The translations under genes were made by a program, and so were the position numbers. DNA of 64,000 nucleotides from Mobula hypostoma (Eukaryota), in assembly GCF_963921235.1 (NCBI RefSeq), contig NC_086108.1, positions 91,638,001-91,702,000 on the forward strand, in the 5' to 3' direction. Of this stretch, positions 13,886 to 26,937 are shown piece by piece; position 1 is the first letter of the stretch; every line of letters begins with the position of its first letter. The notes under the pieces are model-generated. The model ran no database searches. It worked only from the letters and a program-made list of their open reading frames with translations, and was not told the DNA's origin.

Positions 13886-14220
13886 GTGTGTGGCATCCCT
13901 TAGTCTCACGAGACCATGGATCTGTGCCTGGAAAGTCTTGCTTCAGTCTGTGTTGGTAGAGCAGCATTTGTTGTGGCTGTAGAGGCCACATAGGAGTGAC
14001 AGTCTCGGCTGCAGCGACTGCACTCGAAGGCGCTGTCCTCCGGTATTGTCCTGGTGCTGTTTTCTCGGCGAGTGCGCTTTTCTTCAGCAGCAAGCCTCAG
14101 CTTCTCTTCTCCTCTTTTTAGACCTCTGCGTAGTTCAAGCCGCCAGCAAGAGCGATCGCTTGCAATGTCCTCCCACCTCTCAAAGTTCATGTTCAGTGAC
14201 TTCATGTCTCTCTTGCTTTC
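13886..14220 (-). mobile_element. RTE-clade LINE 3' end
   Basis: ORF 13906..14205 has WEDIASDRSCWR and a C-terminal Cys motif FECSRCSRDCHSY typical of RTE. 3' UTR ccatggtctcgtgagactaagggatgcc followed by a (CA)n tail. Confidence 0.8.
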
Positions 14221-15069
14221 ACTTTAGTATACAGTATATCTGACATAGTTTTACAAATGAATCGGTACACAATATGTATTTATTGCAGGCTTTGATTAGA
14301 CCACTTCAAAGGTTAACTGCTCGATCTGAATTTCATATGAAAGACTGATTGCAGAAGTCTACAGGTCACAATCACAGTGGCTATGCAAAAGGCTATATGT
14401 TGGTGCTATGGAGTGCCAGTACTGCTGATACTTAGAGGATCAATGCACTCATACAGCCTAGGAACAAGACAAAATGTCCACCATCCCAAGGGTCACTGCA
14501 TCACCCAGGTCCCTTTTGTCCTCTAACACTTTCCTTTCTTCCACTTAAAAATTAATGTCAAGAAAGAATTGCAGCATACAATAAATAAATATATTGTTTA
14601 ATCAACCATCAAAACTGACACTGTACTGTCAGTGCAGAGATAACTAGTAGGAATCTAATATTGTCAATCAATCAGGAAGTCATGAGCAAAGGATTCCCAG
14701 CATGTTTGGAACATTCACATGTGTGGGTGAGTACAAAATCATTTTTAAATTAATGGCATTTCCTGACAAAATCTTGGCTTTGTTTTCAAAATATCTTGCA
14801 TAGAGGTGGGAATGAAAGAAATGCAACTCATTGTGAATCAAAGTGAGTGTTCCTCAGAGGCTAAATTTAAGCCATAACTTAGGACTGTGTAATGCATCCG
14901 ATTTTCCTCCTGCTCCCCAGAATGTTTTTTTTTCTTAAATAATGCAGAGTAGGGAGGAGGTTTCTTTCCATATTTTTGTCAACTGTTTCCTAGAGACTAA
15001 TATACAGAGTTAGAACATTTTCTACCTGATATTTATCTCCCAAACTATTGTAATATCAAAATCAATAAC

Positions 15070-15690
15070 AATGTTGAGGCTGGAAAATAGAAATAAAAAC
15101 AGAAAAGGCCAGAAATACTCAAAAGGTCAGATAGGCTCTGCAGAAAGACAAATGGTGTTCATGTTTCAGATCAAAGTATTTTTTGGAAAAGTGAGAAAAC
15201 AAGTTTGAGGTTAGATGGGAGGGAGTGGATAGGACAAAGGAAATAAATATCTTGGTAGGGAGAGATCATGGGGGCTGAGATGATTCCAATGTTTACGTAG
15301 TTATGTGGTTAATCGATTACTACAGGCAGTTAGAGTTAAAAAATAAAAGGCTGTGAAATGCAGGTTAGAGATATTGTTGAACCCAAAATCAAAAGGAAAA
15401 TGCTGGAAACGTCCATATTAAAGATCAGTAAACTTACAGTGCAACTGGCCAGTTCTGATACAGCTTATCCAAATTGTTGAATACAATATTGAGACCCAAA
15501 GGTTGCATCAGTGTCAGATGGAAAATGAGACGCTGTTGCAAGTTTACAGCCGATCTCATTAGAACCAAGCAGGAAGCCACAAGTAAAGTGCAGAGGAAAG
15601 CACAATAAGAGCATTGAACTAAACACTCTGCATTGGAAGAAGAACGAGTGAACTGCCTCTTCATTCAGAAGGACTGTTTGAATCCTTGGA
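15070..15690 (-). mobile_element. Old Penelope-like element 3' fragment
   Basis: ORF 15434..15664 ends QQRLIFHLTLMQPLGLNIVFNN, the same GIY-YIG C-terminal motif as 61135-61270. pLTR-like sequence at 15070-15170. Confidence 0.55.
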
Positions 15691-17640
15691 TCTTCTGTAG
15701 TGATTTAAAAAGTTTCCTATTCCTCTATCTTCCCGCTAATTTTTGCTTTGTCGTATGCCCTTTCTTTTGCTTTTACATTAGCTTTGACTTCCCTTGTCAG
15801 CCATGGTTATATTATTTTGCTATTTGAGTTTCTTTTTGTTTTTTGGAATACATCTATTCAGCACCATCCTCATTTTTCCCAGGAACTTAAGCCATTGCTT
15901 TTCTGCTGTCATCCCTGCCAGCATCATATTCCAATTTATTTCGGCCAACTCCTCTCTCATACCACTAACTTCCTTTGCTGCACTGAAATACTGCTTTGTC
16001 AGACTTTACTTTCTCCCTATCAAATTTCAAGCTGAATTCAATTATTTGTGATCACTGCTTCTTAAGGGTTTCTTTACCTTAATCTTCCTAATTGCCTCCA
16101 GTTTATTACATAACACCCAATCCAGTATAGCTGATCCTCTAGTAGGCTCAACAACAAACTGCTCCAAAAAGCCATCTTGTAGGCATTCAACAAATTCACA
16201 CTCTTGGGATCCATTACCAACCTGATGTTCCCAATCTAACTGCATTTAAAATCTCCCATGACATTGCCCTTTTGGCATGCCTTTTCTATTTCCCATTGTA
16301 ATTTATAGTCGACACCCCACCTACTGTTTGGAGACCTGTGTATAACGGCCATCATGGTCCTTTTACCCTTGCAGTTTCCTAACTCAAACTCCAGGGATTC
16401 AACATCTTCCAATCCTATGTCACATCTTTCCAATGATTTGATGCTATTCTTTACCAGAAGAGTCATACCACAACCCTCTGCCTGCCTTCCTATCCCTCCA
16501 ATACATTGTGTTACCTCAGACATTCAGCTCCTAACTACGACCATCCTTCAGCCACGATCCAGTGATGGCCATAAAAACATACCTGACAATCTGTAAAAGT
16601 GCAACAAGATCGTCCACCTTATTTCTTATACAAGGGGTGATTGATAAGTTCATGGCCTAAGGTAGAAGGAGTCCATTTTAGAAAACCTAGCATATTTATT
16701 TTTCAACATAGTCCCCTCCTACATTTACACACTTAGTCCAGCAGTTGTGGAGCATACGGATCCCTTCTTTATAGGAGTTGTCGTCTTGGACCTCCAGAAA
16801 GTGGGCCACAGCAGGGGTGATTGATAAGTTTATGGCCTAAGGTAGAAGGAGATGAGTTATACAGCTCTCGTTACATGCACGTGCAGTTTGAGTGATTATG
16901 CAGAAAGTTTGAAGTTAATAACTCATCTCCTTCTACCTTAGGCCACGAACTTATCAATCACCCCTGCCGTGGCCCACTTTCCGAAGGTCCAAGACGCCGA
17001 CTTCTACAAAGAAGGGATTTGTATGCTCCGCGACTGCTGGACTAAGTGTGTAAATGTAGGAGGGGACTATGTTGAAAAATAAATGAGCTAGGTTTTCTAA
17101 AATTGACTCCGTCTACCTTAGGCCACAAACTTATCAATCACCCCTCGTATTCTGTACATTGAGATATAACACTTTGCTGCATTTGCTACCCTTTTTGATT
17201 CTGCATTCCTTATGCAGCGATGTTCACCCAACTGGCTGCAATTTTGTCCTATCATCTGCTTACTCTTCCTGACAGTCTGATTGCACTTTATCTTTGTTTT
17301 TTTTTAACCATCCGTCTTATCCTGAGTCCCTTCATTTCAGTTCCCATCCCCTTGCAGAACTAGTTTAAACCCTCCCCATCAGCTCTAAGAAATCTGCTAG
17401 TGAGAATATTGGCCCCCCTCGGCCATCCCTTTTGTACAGGTCATAGCTCCCCCTGAAGAGATCCCAATGATCCAAGAAACTGAAGCCCTGCTCCCTGCAC
17501 CAGCTTCTCAGCCATGCATTTATCTGCCAAATCATCCAGTTTCTACCTCACTGGTGCATGGGACAGTTAGCAATTCAGAAATTACCACCTGGCAGGTCCT
17601 ACGTCTCAGTTTTTTGCCTAGCTCTCTAAATTCTAATGAC
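15690..17640 (-). mobile_element. Decayed CR1 LINE (endonuclease region), interrupted by a mariner MITE
   Basis: ORFs 16042..16245 (LQDGFLEQFVVEPTRGSAILDWVLCN...SSDH) and 16236..16523 are APE-endonuclease motifs. Confidence 0.8.
16631..17147. mobile_element. Mariner-derived fold-back MITE (517 bp)
   Basis: TA on both sides (16629-30, 17148-49). 230-bp inverted arms. Right arm encodes mariner transposase C-terminus DFYKEGICMLRDCWTKCVNVGGDYVEK* (16999-17082). Confidence 0.9.
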
Positions 17641-18887
17641 ACCCATCACCCAGGACATGCACTCTTCTCGTTACTACCATCAGAGAGGAGGTAAAGGAGC
17701 ATGAAGACATACACTCAATATTTTAGAAAGAGTTTCTTTGTCTCTTCATCTCTGCCATCAGATTTCTGAAGAGACAATGAATCCATGAACACTTGTTCAG
17801 TAGTTTTGCTCTCTTTTTGCACCATTTGCTTATCATATATTTCATGTACTGCATTGTACTGCTGCTGCAAAAACATACGATCATGATAATAAACCTGATT
17901 CTAGATTGTATGAGAAAGTGCCAATCTGAAGAAAAGCGATTGAGAAATGGAGTCACTGCAGCAATCCACCATTACAACAGCCTCTTTTCCTTCACAATTG
18001 CCAGTTCTGCAAGGACATGAACCCTATAATTCATGTTCACAACACTGGTTTTATGCACCATAAATTTTGCTTTCTCTTTACTATGGCATTCAAAGCATGC
18101 ACATATATTTGTTGTGCTTCGTGCACCAAACTGACAGCAGGTTCCACATTAATAACTGCTGAAGGAAGAAAACAGGAGCCCTAAAACAGATTAAACACCA
18201 GAACAGGGAAACTGGATGCAACAATATAGTTTATCCTTGTGTGATAAACATTGCATGGCTGAACACATCTTCAGCCAACATATGGAGTGGCATGGTAGGA
18301 TGGTGGTTAGCACAGCGCTTTACAGCACAAGCGAGCTGGGTTCAATTCTCTCTGCTGCCTGTAAGGAGTTTGTACGTTCTCCCCATGGGTTTCCCGTAAC
18401 TAGGGGGATTGCTGTGCAGTGCAGCTCGAAGGGTTAGAAAGGCTGATTCTATGTTGCATCCCAAAAAGTAAATAAATACAATTTTTTTTAAGCTTCTCGC
18501 ACCAGACAGTCAGCCATTCTTGTCTGGCACGTGGCGTCAGGATTGATCTCCTTTCGGATTAACCGAGTCATGAAATAGTGGAGATGATGCAGAGGCAGGG
18601 ATCACAGAAAGGGTGGCAACCAGCATACTAACACTATCTCAAGTGACCATCAACTTCTTGCCACTTCACAGATTACTGTTTCAGGAAATCAACCAGCCTT
18701 TGGTGATTTTAGGATTCTTTCAAGTTATTATAGTTTGCAATGGAGTATCAGGTGCTGAAGAATTTTTACTTTAATTCAAGGTTTCTACATAACCTGATAG
18801 AACTTTCTAAAATTATGAGAGGCATGAGTAGGGCAGATATTCAGAAACATTTTCACATGGTATTAAGTTCTAGAGGGCACAGAATTA

Positions 18888-19722
18888 AGATAGATAGATA
18901 CTTTATTGATCCCAAAGGAGATTACAGGGTCACAGTAGCATTACAAGTGCACAGATATACAAATATAAAAATATTGGTAGAGAAGTAAGAGAGAATAAAA
19001 AATAAGTTACCTCAAACAGTCTAACAGGAGGGGCTCATCACTTCCCTGGCTATAGGTTGACTCATTATAGAGCCTAATGGCCGAGCGTAAGTTTTCTTAG
19101 TCTATTACTAAAAGTGTTCCTCTGTTCAGCCAAGCTGGCATGCAGAGGGTGAGAAACATTGTCCAGAATTGCCAGGATTTTCTGGAGGGTCTACCACAGT
19201 ATGTTCAATTTGACTCCTGTAACAGAGCCAGTCTTTCTATTCAGTTTTTTGAACGTGTTGGCATCACCCGTGTTGATGCCATTGCCCCAGCACACCACTG
19301 CATAGAAGTTTTGTACTGGCGACAACAGACTGGTAGAATATTTGAAGGAGAGGCCTGCATACTCCAAAGGACCTCAGTCTCCTCAGGAAGTAGAGGCGAC
19401 TCTGGCCCTTCTTGTACACAGCCTCTGCGTTGGTGATCCACTCAGGTCTGTCATCCAGGTGCACCCCCAGGTACTTGTACGTCCTCACCACATCCACATC
19501 CTCACCATCAATAGTAACAGGGAATAGTGCAGGCTTAGTCTTCCTAAAGTCCATCACCATCTCCTTTGTCTTACTAGTGTTGAGCTGCAGATGATTCAGC
19601 TTGCACCATTTGATAAAGTCCTCCACCAGGTCACTGTATTTATCCTCCTGTCCTCCCTTTATACACCCAGTGATTAATGAGTCATCAGAGGGTTTCTGCA
19701 AATGGCATGAGTCAGTCTTGTA
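18888..19722 (-). mobile_element. Rex1/Babar LINE 3' fragment
   Basis: ORF 19264..19803: LNTSKTKEMVMDFRK...YKYLGVHLD...SRLYFLRRLRSF. (ATCT)n tail. ATTAAGAT repeated at the flanks, inside a CR1 3' piece. Confidence 0.8.
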
Positions 19723-20044
19723 ACCAAGATGTTGATTAAGATGAGAAGGGTAAAGTTTAAAGGAGATAGATGAATACAACATAGGACAAATGAACATAGA
19801 CATGAAGGGCAGGATGAGCTTCTGAAAAAGGGAATTTCACTGTGCCCTTCTTCCTGAGACTCAGAAAGGAATAATACTTGAATAGTCTGTGATTCAGTAA
19901 AGATGTCCTCACTCAGATACATTGCAAACCTTAGTCAGAATTCTATCTAGAGATTATCACTTTGCTGGTGTCTATTAAAGGTATGATGGATATGAACCAT
20001 TGCACATATGGCTCCTTCTAGACTGAAAATGCCTTAGAGTCAAT

Positions 20045-20930
20045 ATAGTACCACAGCACAGAAACAAGCCCTTCAGCCCATCTAGTGATACCAAACTATT
20101 ATTCTGCCTAGTCCCATCGACGTGCACCTGCACCATAGCCCTCCAAACCCATCTACGTACTTGTCCAAACTTCTCTTAAGTGTTGAAGTGGAATCCACAT
20201 TCACCACTTCTGTTAGCAACTCGTTCACACTTTTACCACCCTCTAAATGAAGAAGTTTCCCTTCAACTTCCCCTTTTCAAGCATAGAGTAGTGGGTGCAT
20301 GGAATGCACTGCCAGCGAAGGTGGTAGAAGTGGATACGACAGGGTCTTTTAAGAGACTCTTAGCTAGGAGCATGGAGCTTAGAAAAATAGAGGGCTATGC
20401 GGGTAGGGAAATTCTAGGCAGTTTCCAGAGTAGGTTATATGGTCGGCACAATATTGTGGGCTGAAGGGCCTGTAATGTGCTGTAGATTTTCTATGTTCTA
20501 TGTTCTAAATTTTCACCTTTCACTCTTAACCCATGACCTCTAGTTCCAGTCTCACCCAATCTCAGTGGAAAAAGCATGCTTGCATTTACTCTGTCTACAC
20601 CCCTCATAGTTTTGAATATGTCTTTCAAATCTCCCCTCAATCTTCTACATACTAGGGAAAAATGTCCTAACCTCGTCAATCTTTGCCTATAACCTAGGTC
20701 CTCAAGTTCTGGCAACAAGCTTGTAAATTTTCTCTGTATTCTTTCTATCTTATGGATATCTTTCCTGTAGGTAGGTGACCAGAATTGCACACAATACTCC
20801 AAATTAGGCCTCACCCACTTTTTATACAACTTCAACATAACATCCTAACTTCTCTACTCAGTACTTCGATGTATGAAGACCGACATGTAAAAAGGTCTCC
20901 TTACAACCCTATCTACCAGTGATACCACTT
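20045..20930 (-). mobile_element. CR1 3' fragment with an opposite-strand CR1 3' end inserted at about 20280-20505
   Basis: ORF 20491..20838 has VRPNLEYCVQFWSP. ORF 20180..20464 has RVVGAWNALP. (CTATGTT)n tail. Confidence 0.75.
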
Positions 20931-21537
20931 TCAATGTATCCTGTTTTCCCATTGCATAACGAAAATCCATTCCAAGGAAAATAAATGAATATCACAATGA
21001 TTAGCAGCATGTTGTGTAAGCGTATGGACGATATGCTTCCTCATGGTGTAAGGGATCAATAGTTGCAAGCACAATGTGCTGCATCCTAAAGAGATTTCCC
21101 TCCTTATTATCAAGCTGCTGACCGACAATGCAAGAAACACAGATAGTGTCCTGAACCCTGCCTGAAGTTATACTGTCTTCATTCTGCTACACTGTTTGTG
21201 CCATTTGTATCTGAGCCTCCATAACAAAATAAAGGATGGCGATCTAGTGGCAAGAGCTAATTGCCAATTCCTTGACTCTTGTCTTCAATGTATAACCTAC
21301 TGCCAAGTTCACAAAGTGTCTAAATATTTGCTTCCACTTAAGTCTGACCCCACTACCAGTCTAGAGCTGCTTCATCCAAAGGAAAAGTTTTCAATTATTT
21401 CATTCATTATACTGTATTTGGATAAAATGCACATTTGGTTAAATGGCACCTGTGTGGCTTAGCTTTATGTATTGGTAAGTGTCTGAGGATATGGTGGAGT
21501 GAATGAATGTTAGGTCCAAGTCCTGACTTATACACCT

Positions 21538-21937
21538 TTACTTACTTGGTGCCTGTTATCCTTCTGTGATGCTGTTTAGGGCAGCAATGAAGGTCCTCCA
21601 TCTCTGTCGCCGTGTTCAGGGCTTCGTTCATCATGCCAATAGCTCCCTTTCAATGTTCACTTCCATCAGTCATGCACATCCCAGGTGGAGACAAAGGTGT
21701 AGTAGGATTCTTCATTGCTGTTTCTGTAACAGTTTTGCTTGACCAATCAAACCCTTGGGCTAAACCCCAAACCTGGAGGAATGGTGGAGGGCTCTTAGTT
21801 TGGCCTCTACCCTTTGACCTGTTTGGCATGGGTGACCCTACCAAGAGCCGAAGCATAAGTCACTGATTCCAGCCAACATAGCTCTCTGGGTCATTGAGGC
21901 ACGCAAACCTCCAAACCATGACAAGGTTGTACTCCTC
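21538..21937 (-). mobile_element. Non-autonomous bipartite RTE-derived retroposon, (TAAG)n tail
   Basis: Minus-strand head 'accttgtcatggtttggagg...ggtagggtcacccatgccaaacaggtc' is homologous to the head at 1540-1645. 3' end 'cagagatggaggaccttcattgctgccct...aagtaagta'. Confidence 0.7.
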
Positions 21938-21949
21938 TTTGAGGATAGC

Positions 21950-22146
21950 TGTACTGTACAGCCTAAAGTATAATAAAGGACTACTTTATGTTGTAGAGAC
22001 ATGTTGTTGCATGCACTATTAGGCGCGTATTGATCTGTACGTGTGTGCCGGTTCGGTTTCTGCCAGTAAAGAACCATGAACCTTGGCTCCCGTCTCCAGC
22101 GTTTTTATTAATAGCATTGTTGTGTAACCGGGCCACATACATAACA
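21950..22146 (+). repeat. 5' LTR
   Basis: Direct repeat of 26715-26937 with TG...CA termini. Confidence 0.93.
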
Positions 22147-22529
22147 AATTAGCGATGAGGTTAATGAACCTACATTGTATCGGAACACTGTGTTTTAATT
22201 GATAATGACACTTGGAAGAAGAGCGCAAGGAACGAGCCAAGGAGCGGGAGAAGGAGGCAGAGCGAGGACGTGAGTCTGAAAGGAAGCAGGAGCACAGCTG
22301 GGTTCAGGAACGTCGAGAGACCAAGAGACACTGTCAGAGCTGCAGCACGTCCAACCGAGACCACAGCCGGCGCTGACCCCCAGGGGCTGAGGGTCTGCCT
22401 GCCCCAGAAGGGAGATAAGAAGGAGCGACACACACACCTAGATGGAGTGCACTCGTGGTGTTAGCAAAAAGGACACATGAGCCAAAAAGGAAAATAAGGG
22501 GAGAATGGGGCTTAATTAACATTACAAAG

Positions 22530-25500
22530 ATGGCAATGATTGGAACCATTACAGCATTTGATAGTGGCATTGAAGACTGGGCAACTTACATTGATAGAGT
22601 GGAGCTATATTGTGAGGCTAAGGAGGAAAATAAAGCCAACGTCTTACTCAGTATCTTGGGAGCAAAAACATACGGCCTGCTACGGAGCTTGTTAACCCCT
22701 GAAAAGCCAGCTGACAAAATGTTCAAGCAAATAGTAGACACTCTCCAACAGCATTTAAACCCCAAACCACTGGTCATTGCTGAAAGGTTTAAATTTCACA
22801 ATCGGAATCAGAGCAAAAATGAAAGCATTTCTGAATATTGTGCTGAATTGCACAAATTATCAGAGTATTGTCAATTTGGAGCTGTTCTATCGGATGCATT
22901 GACGGACAGGTTAGTGTGTGGCATGCACTGTGAAACCACACAAAAGAAGCTTCTGTGTGAAAGAGACCTTACATTCGAGAAAGCGCTAAACATTGCAATA
23001 TCAACAGAAACAGCAGCACGGGGTGCTTCCGAGATACAACAAAAATCTCTGGAATATGCCACAAATAAAATGTCACTGAACAGGAATGAAGCAAAGAAAT
23101 GTTACCGTTGTGGGAACAGGTCACATGACCCAGATGACTATTGGTTTAAAGACAAAGAATGCAGAAACTGTGGCAAACAGGGCCACACTGGCAGAGTATG
23201 TAAAGCTAGTAAACAGCAGAAAAAGGGCAAAACACAGAGAAACAAGAAACCCCAGAAAGGAAAATACAACAAGGTACACAAAATGAAAGAAGGCAGTTCT
23301 GATGAAAGCAGTTCTGATGAAAATGACTCCGATGAAAGTGAGTTGCCTTGTTGGCAACTTCACAGCATGAGAGAGACAGATGATCGAAGAGTAATATGCA
23401 TCACTCCACAAGTGGCAGGAGTGAGACTGAAAATGGAGTTGGACACAGGCTCAACTTTAACAGTGATCTCTGCATACAACTACAAATGACCATTTTCGCA
23501 CATACCTCTGAAATGAACTAAACTTCTACTAAAGACTTACACAGGACAGAAAGTGCGTCCCGAAGGCAGAATTAAAGTGACAGTGACCTACCGAGATAAA
23601 ACACAGCAACTGAACCTCTATGTATTGAAACATGGAGGACCACCATTTCTGGGATGTGAGTGCCTCATGAAAATCCTGATGGGTTGGCACACCATCAAGG
23701 CACTAGATGTGTCAGCAAAGGAGGGCAGCAAGACTACATCTGATAGACTGTCACAAATACTTGCTGACTCTGAGGAAATGTTCATGAAAGGAATAGGAAC
23801 ACTTCAGGGCATGAAGGCAAGGATTGAGATTGAGGAAAATGCATGTCCAAAATTTCACAAAGACAGACCAGTGCCATATGCAATTCGTCCTACAGCAGAG
23901 GCAGAGCTGAAAAATCTGGAGCAGACTGGGGTCCTTTCAAAGGTGGATTGGAGTGAATGGGCCATGTCTATTGTTCCAGTGATGAAGAAAACCTCCAGTA
24001 CAAAACCAGGAAAACCAAGCAAGGTGCACATACGTGGTGATTTTAAAGTGACTGTTAACCCGGTCTCCGCACAGTACAGTATCCGTTCCCTCATACTGAG
24101 GACATCTTTGCTTCCCTGTCAGGAGGGAAACATTTCACAAAAATCCATTTGACCCAGGCTTATCTCCAAATGGAAATCGATGAAGCATCCAAGAAATACC
24201 TGACAATAAATACACACAAATGACTTTACCAGTACAACAGGTAGGTGTTTGGGATAGCATCAGCGCCTGCAATCTGGCAAAGAGCAATGGACCAGGTCCT
24301 GCAGGGGATTCCAGGGACTCAGTGTTACCTGGATGACATCATTGTCACCGGCAAAGATGACAACAAACATCTTTCTAACCTTGAACGAGTGCTAACCAGG
24401 TTACGGGAATATGGGCTCAGAGCTAATTGACAGAAAAGTGAGTTTTTCAAAAAGGAAATTTCATACTGTGGGCACGTGACCAACAAGGATGGCTTACACA
24501 GGTCTCAAGACAAGATAGAAGTGGTGCTTAAGGCACCACCACCTGAAAATGTGTCTCAGCTGAGAACATATCTTGGACTAGTGAACTACTACCACAAGTT
24601 CTTGCCTAACCTATCCACAGTCCTACACCCACTAAATGCACTGTTACAGACAGGAACACACTGGAGATGGACTGAGAGCTGTGAGAAAGCATTTCAAGAA
24701 ACTAAAAGACTCATAACTTTTGAAGGGGTACTCATGCACTTTGACCCCTCCTTACCAATCCGACTAGCTTGTGATGCCTCGCCCCATGGAATAGGAGCTG
24801 TGTTATCGCGTAAGTTTCCAGATGGCTCAAAAAGACCAATAGCCTTTGCCTCAAGATCGCTAACTTCAGCTGAACACAACTACACACAGATTGACAGAGA
24901 GGCTCTAAGCCTCGTGTGGGGAGTCAAGAAATTCAGTCACTACCTGTATGGCCAAAAGTTTACCCTGTTGACTGATCATCAGCCTCTCGTGTCAATCTTC
25001 AATCCAAGAAAAGGCGTTCCAGTGATGACAGCGATGGTCTCTGTTCTTAGGAGGTCACATGTATGACATTGAACACAAGGGGACCAAGGAACATGGCAAT
25101 GCAGATGGTTTGTCACATTTACCACTGTTGACTTCTGAAATAACTACACAAATGGATTCAGAGAGGTCTTTCACATAACAATAGTTGAACAATTACCAGT
25201 GACAAACAGCCTCATTGAAAGGGAAACACGCAATGACCCTTCATTATCAAAAGTGTATGACATCATGGTAAAGGGATGGCCAGTGTGGGGTAACACACTG
25301 TTTCCAGCCTTCTCAGCGAGGAAGGAGCAGTTGTCAGTGTGTCGGGGAACACTAATGTGTGGCTCACGAGTTGTGATTCCACCCAAGCTAAGCACCAGAG
25401 TGCTGGAGGGACTGCACGAGGGGCACTTGGGTACCGTGAAGATGAAAGGCCTTGCCCGTGCCAATGTGTGATGGCCAGGAATCGATAAACAGATTGAGGA

Positions 25501-26507
25501 CGTGACCAAGAACTGTTCTGGATGTCAAAAGATCCAGAACATACCACCACATGCCCCTCTCCATCCGTGGGAGTGGTCCTCATCACCATGACAACGAGCG
25601 CACATCAACTTTGCTGGACCATTCATGGACTGTATCTTTTTAATCGCCGTTGATGCACATTCCAAATGGCTAGAGGTCATCAAAATGAAGACAACCACAT
25701 CAGAAAAGACCATTACAATGTTGAGGACCATGTTCGCCAGGAATGGCATACCAGAACAAATCTGCACAGACAACAGACAAGAATTTGTCTCTGAAGAATT
25801 CCAAAGTTTTGTGAAGAACAATGGAATCAAGCACTTTTCATTGGCCTCCATCCACAAATGGCTTGGCAGAAAGATTTGTACAAACATTCAAGAAAGCCCT
25901 CAAGACAAGTGACAGTGAAAATCGACCACTACAACACAAGATAGACAACTTCCTCCTTGCTTATCGTAATGCAGTACATGCGACCACTAACCAGACTCTA
26001 GCGATGATGTTTCTGAATAGGAACCTGAGGTGCCACATGGATCTTCTCAAACCAGATGTACGGCGTAATGTGGAGAACAGAGAGTTCAAACACTTGAATG
26101 CTAAGTCAACACGGAGCTTCAGTGTGGGACAGTCAGTTCTTGCACGTGATTACCGGACTGAAAAGTGACAGCCGGGTATCATTTCTGCCATAGATGGGCT
26201 ACTGATGTATAGAGTACAGGTGGGAGAGAACGTAAGGAGACAGCATGTGGACCAGATCCTGGATGCTCAAGTGGAAAACACAGCAACACCTTGCCCTGAC
26301 TCCCTGGACATAGAAGCAGACACTCCTACTGTGACCACATCAGCCTCATCCACAGATGAGCCTGTTATGAGTGCTGAGGACCCACTTGAGGTACCTGTGG
26401 AGACTCATTCCCCAAAGCAAACATTTCAAGTCAGACGCAACCCAGAGAGGCAGAGGAGACCTCCCCAGAGACTTGAGTTATACATGGGTCTTAGACCAAA
26501 AATTTAA
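22530..26507 (+). pseudogene. gag-pol polyprotein, disrupted by stops and frameshifts
   Basis: Zinc knuckles CYRCGNRSH and CRNCGKQGHTGRVC; protease LDTGS; RT YLDD; RNase H LACDAS...IAFASRSLT; integrase LHEGH, TDN, NGLAERFV. Confidence 0.92.
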
Positions 26508-26714
26508 AAAAAGTAAAAAAAAAGTAAAAAAAAACAAAAGAAAAAAAGGGCTTGTTATAATTTGATATTATTATGTTACTTCATTATGATTTGATATTAA
26601 GTTACTAAGTAAACAAATGGTAGGCGTTTGTATGTTACGGGTAGACATATTTGTTTAGCATAGTGACCCAGTTAAAAAAAAAGTTGATACACTATTAAAA
26701 TAAAAGGGGAGGAG

Positions 26715-26937
26715 TGTACTGTATGGCCTACAGTATAATAAGGGACTACTTTACGTTGTAGGGCCACATCGCTGCATGCGCTATTAGGCACGAATTGAGC
26801 ATGCGCTATTCGGCGCGTATTGATCTGTACGTGTGTGCCGAGTTCGGTTTCTGCCAGTAAAGAACCATGAACCTTAGCTCCTGTCTCCAGCATTTTTATT
26901 AATAGCATTGTTGTGTAACTAGGCCACACACACAACA
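26715..26937 (+). repeat. 3' LTR
   Basis: Preceded by PPT aaaaggggaggag. Carries an extra ~25-bp tandem unit relative to the 5' LTR. Confidence 0.93.

Larger units (their letters stand above)
21950..26937 (+). mobile_element. Full-length, inactivated Gypsy/Ty3 LTR retrotransposon (Mag-like)
   Basis: 5' LTR 21950-22146 and 3' LTR 26715-26937, both TG...CA. TSD ATAGC at 21945-49 and 26938-42. PBS-like tagcgatgagg after the 5' LTR. Polypurine tract before the 3' LTR. Domain order gag-PR-RT-RNaseH-IN. Confidence 0.95.

Noticed and set aside
16631..17147. Repeated ~38-bp units suggestive of a CRISPR array
   Set aside because: The repeats are inverted TIRs of a mariner MITE with transposase remnants, in eukaryotic context with no cas genes.
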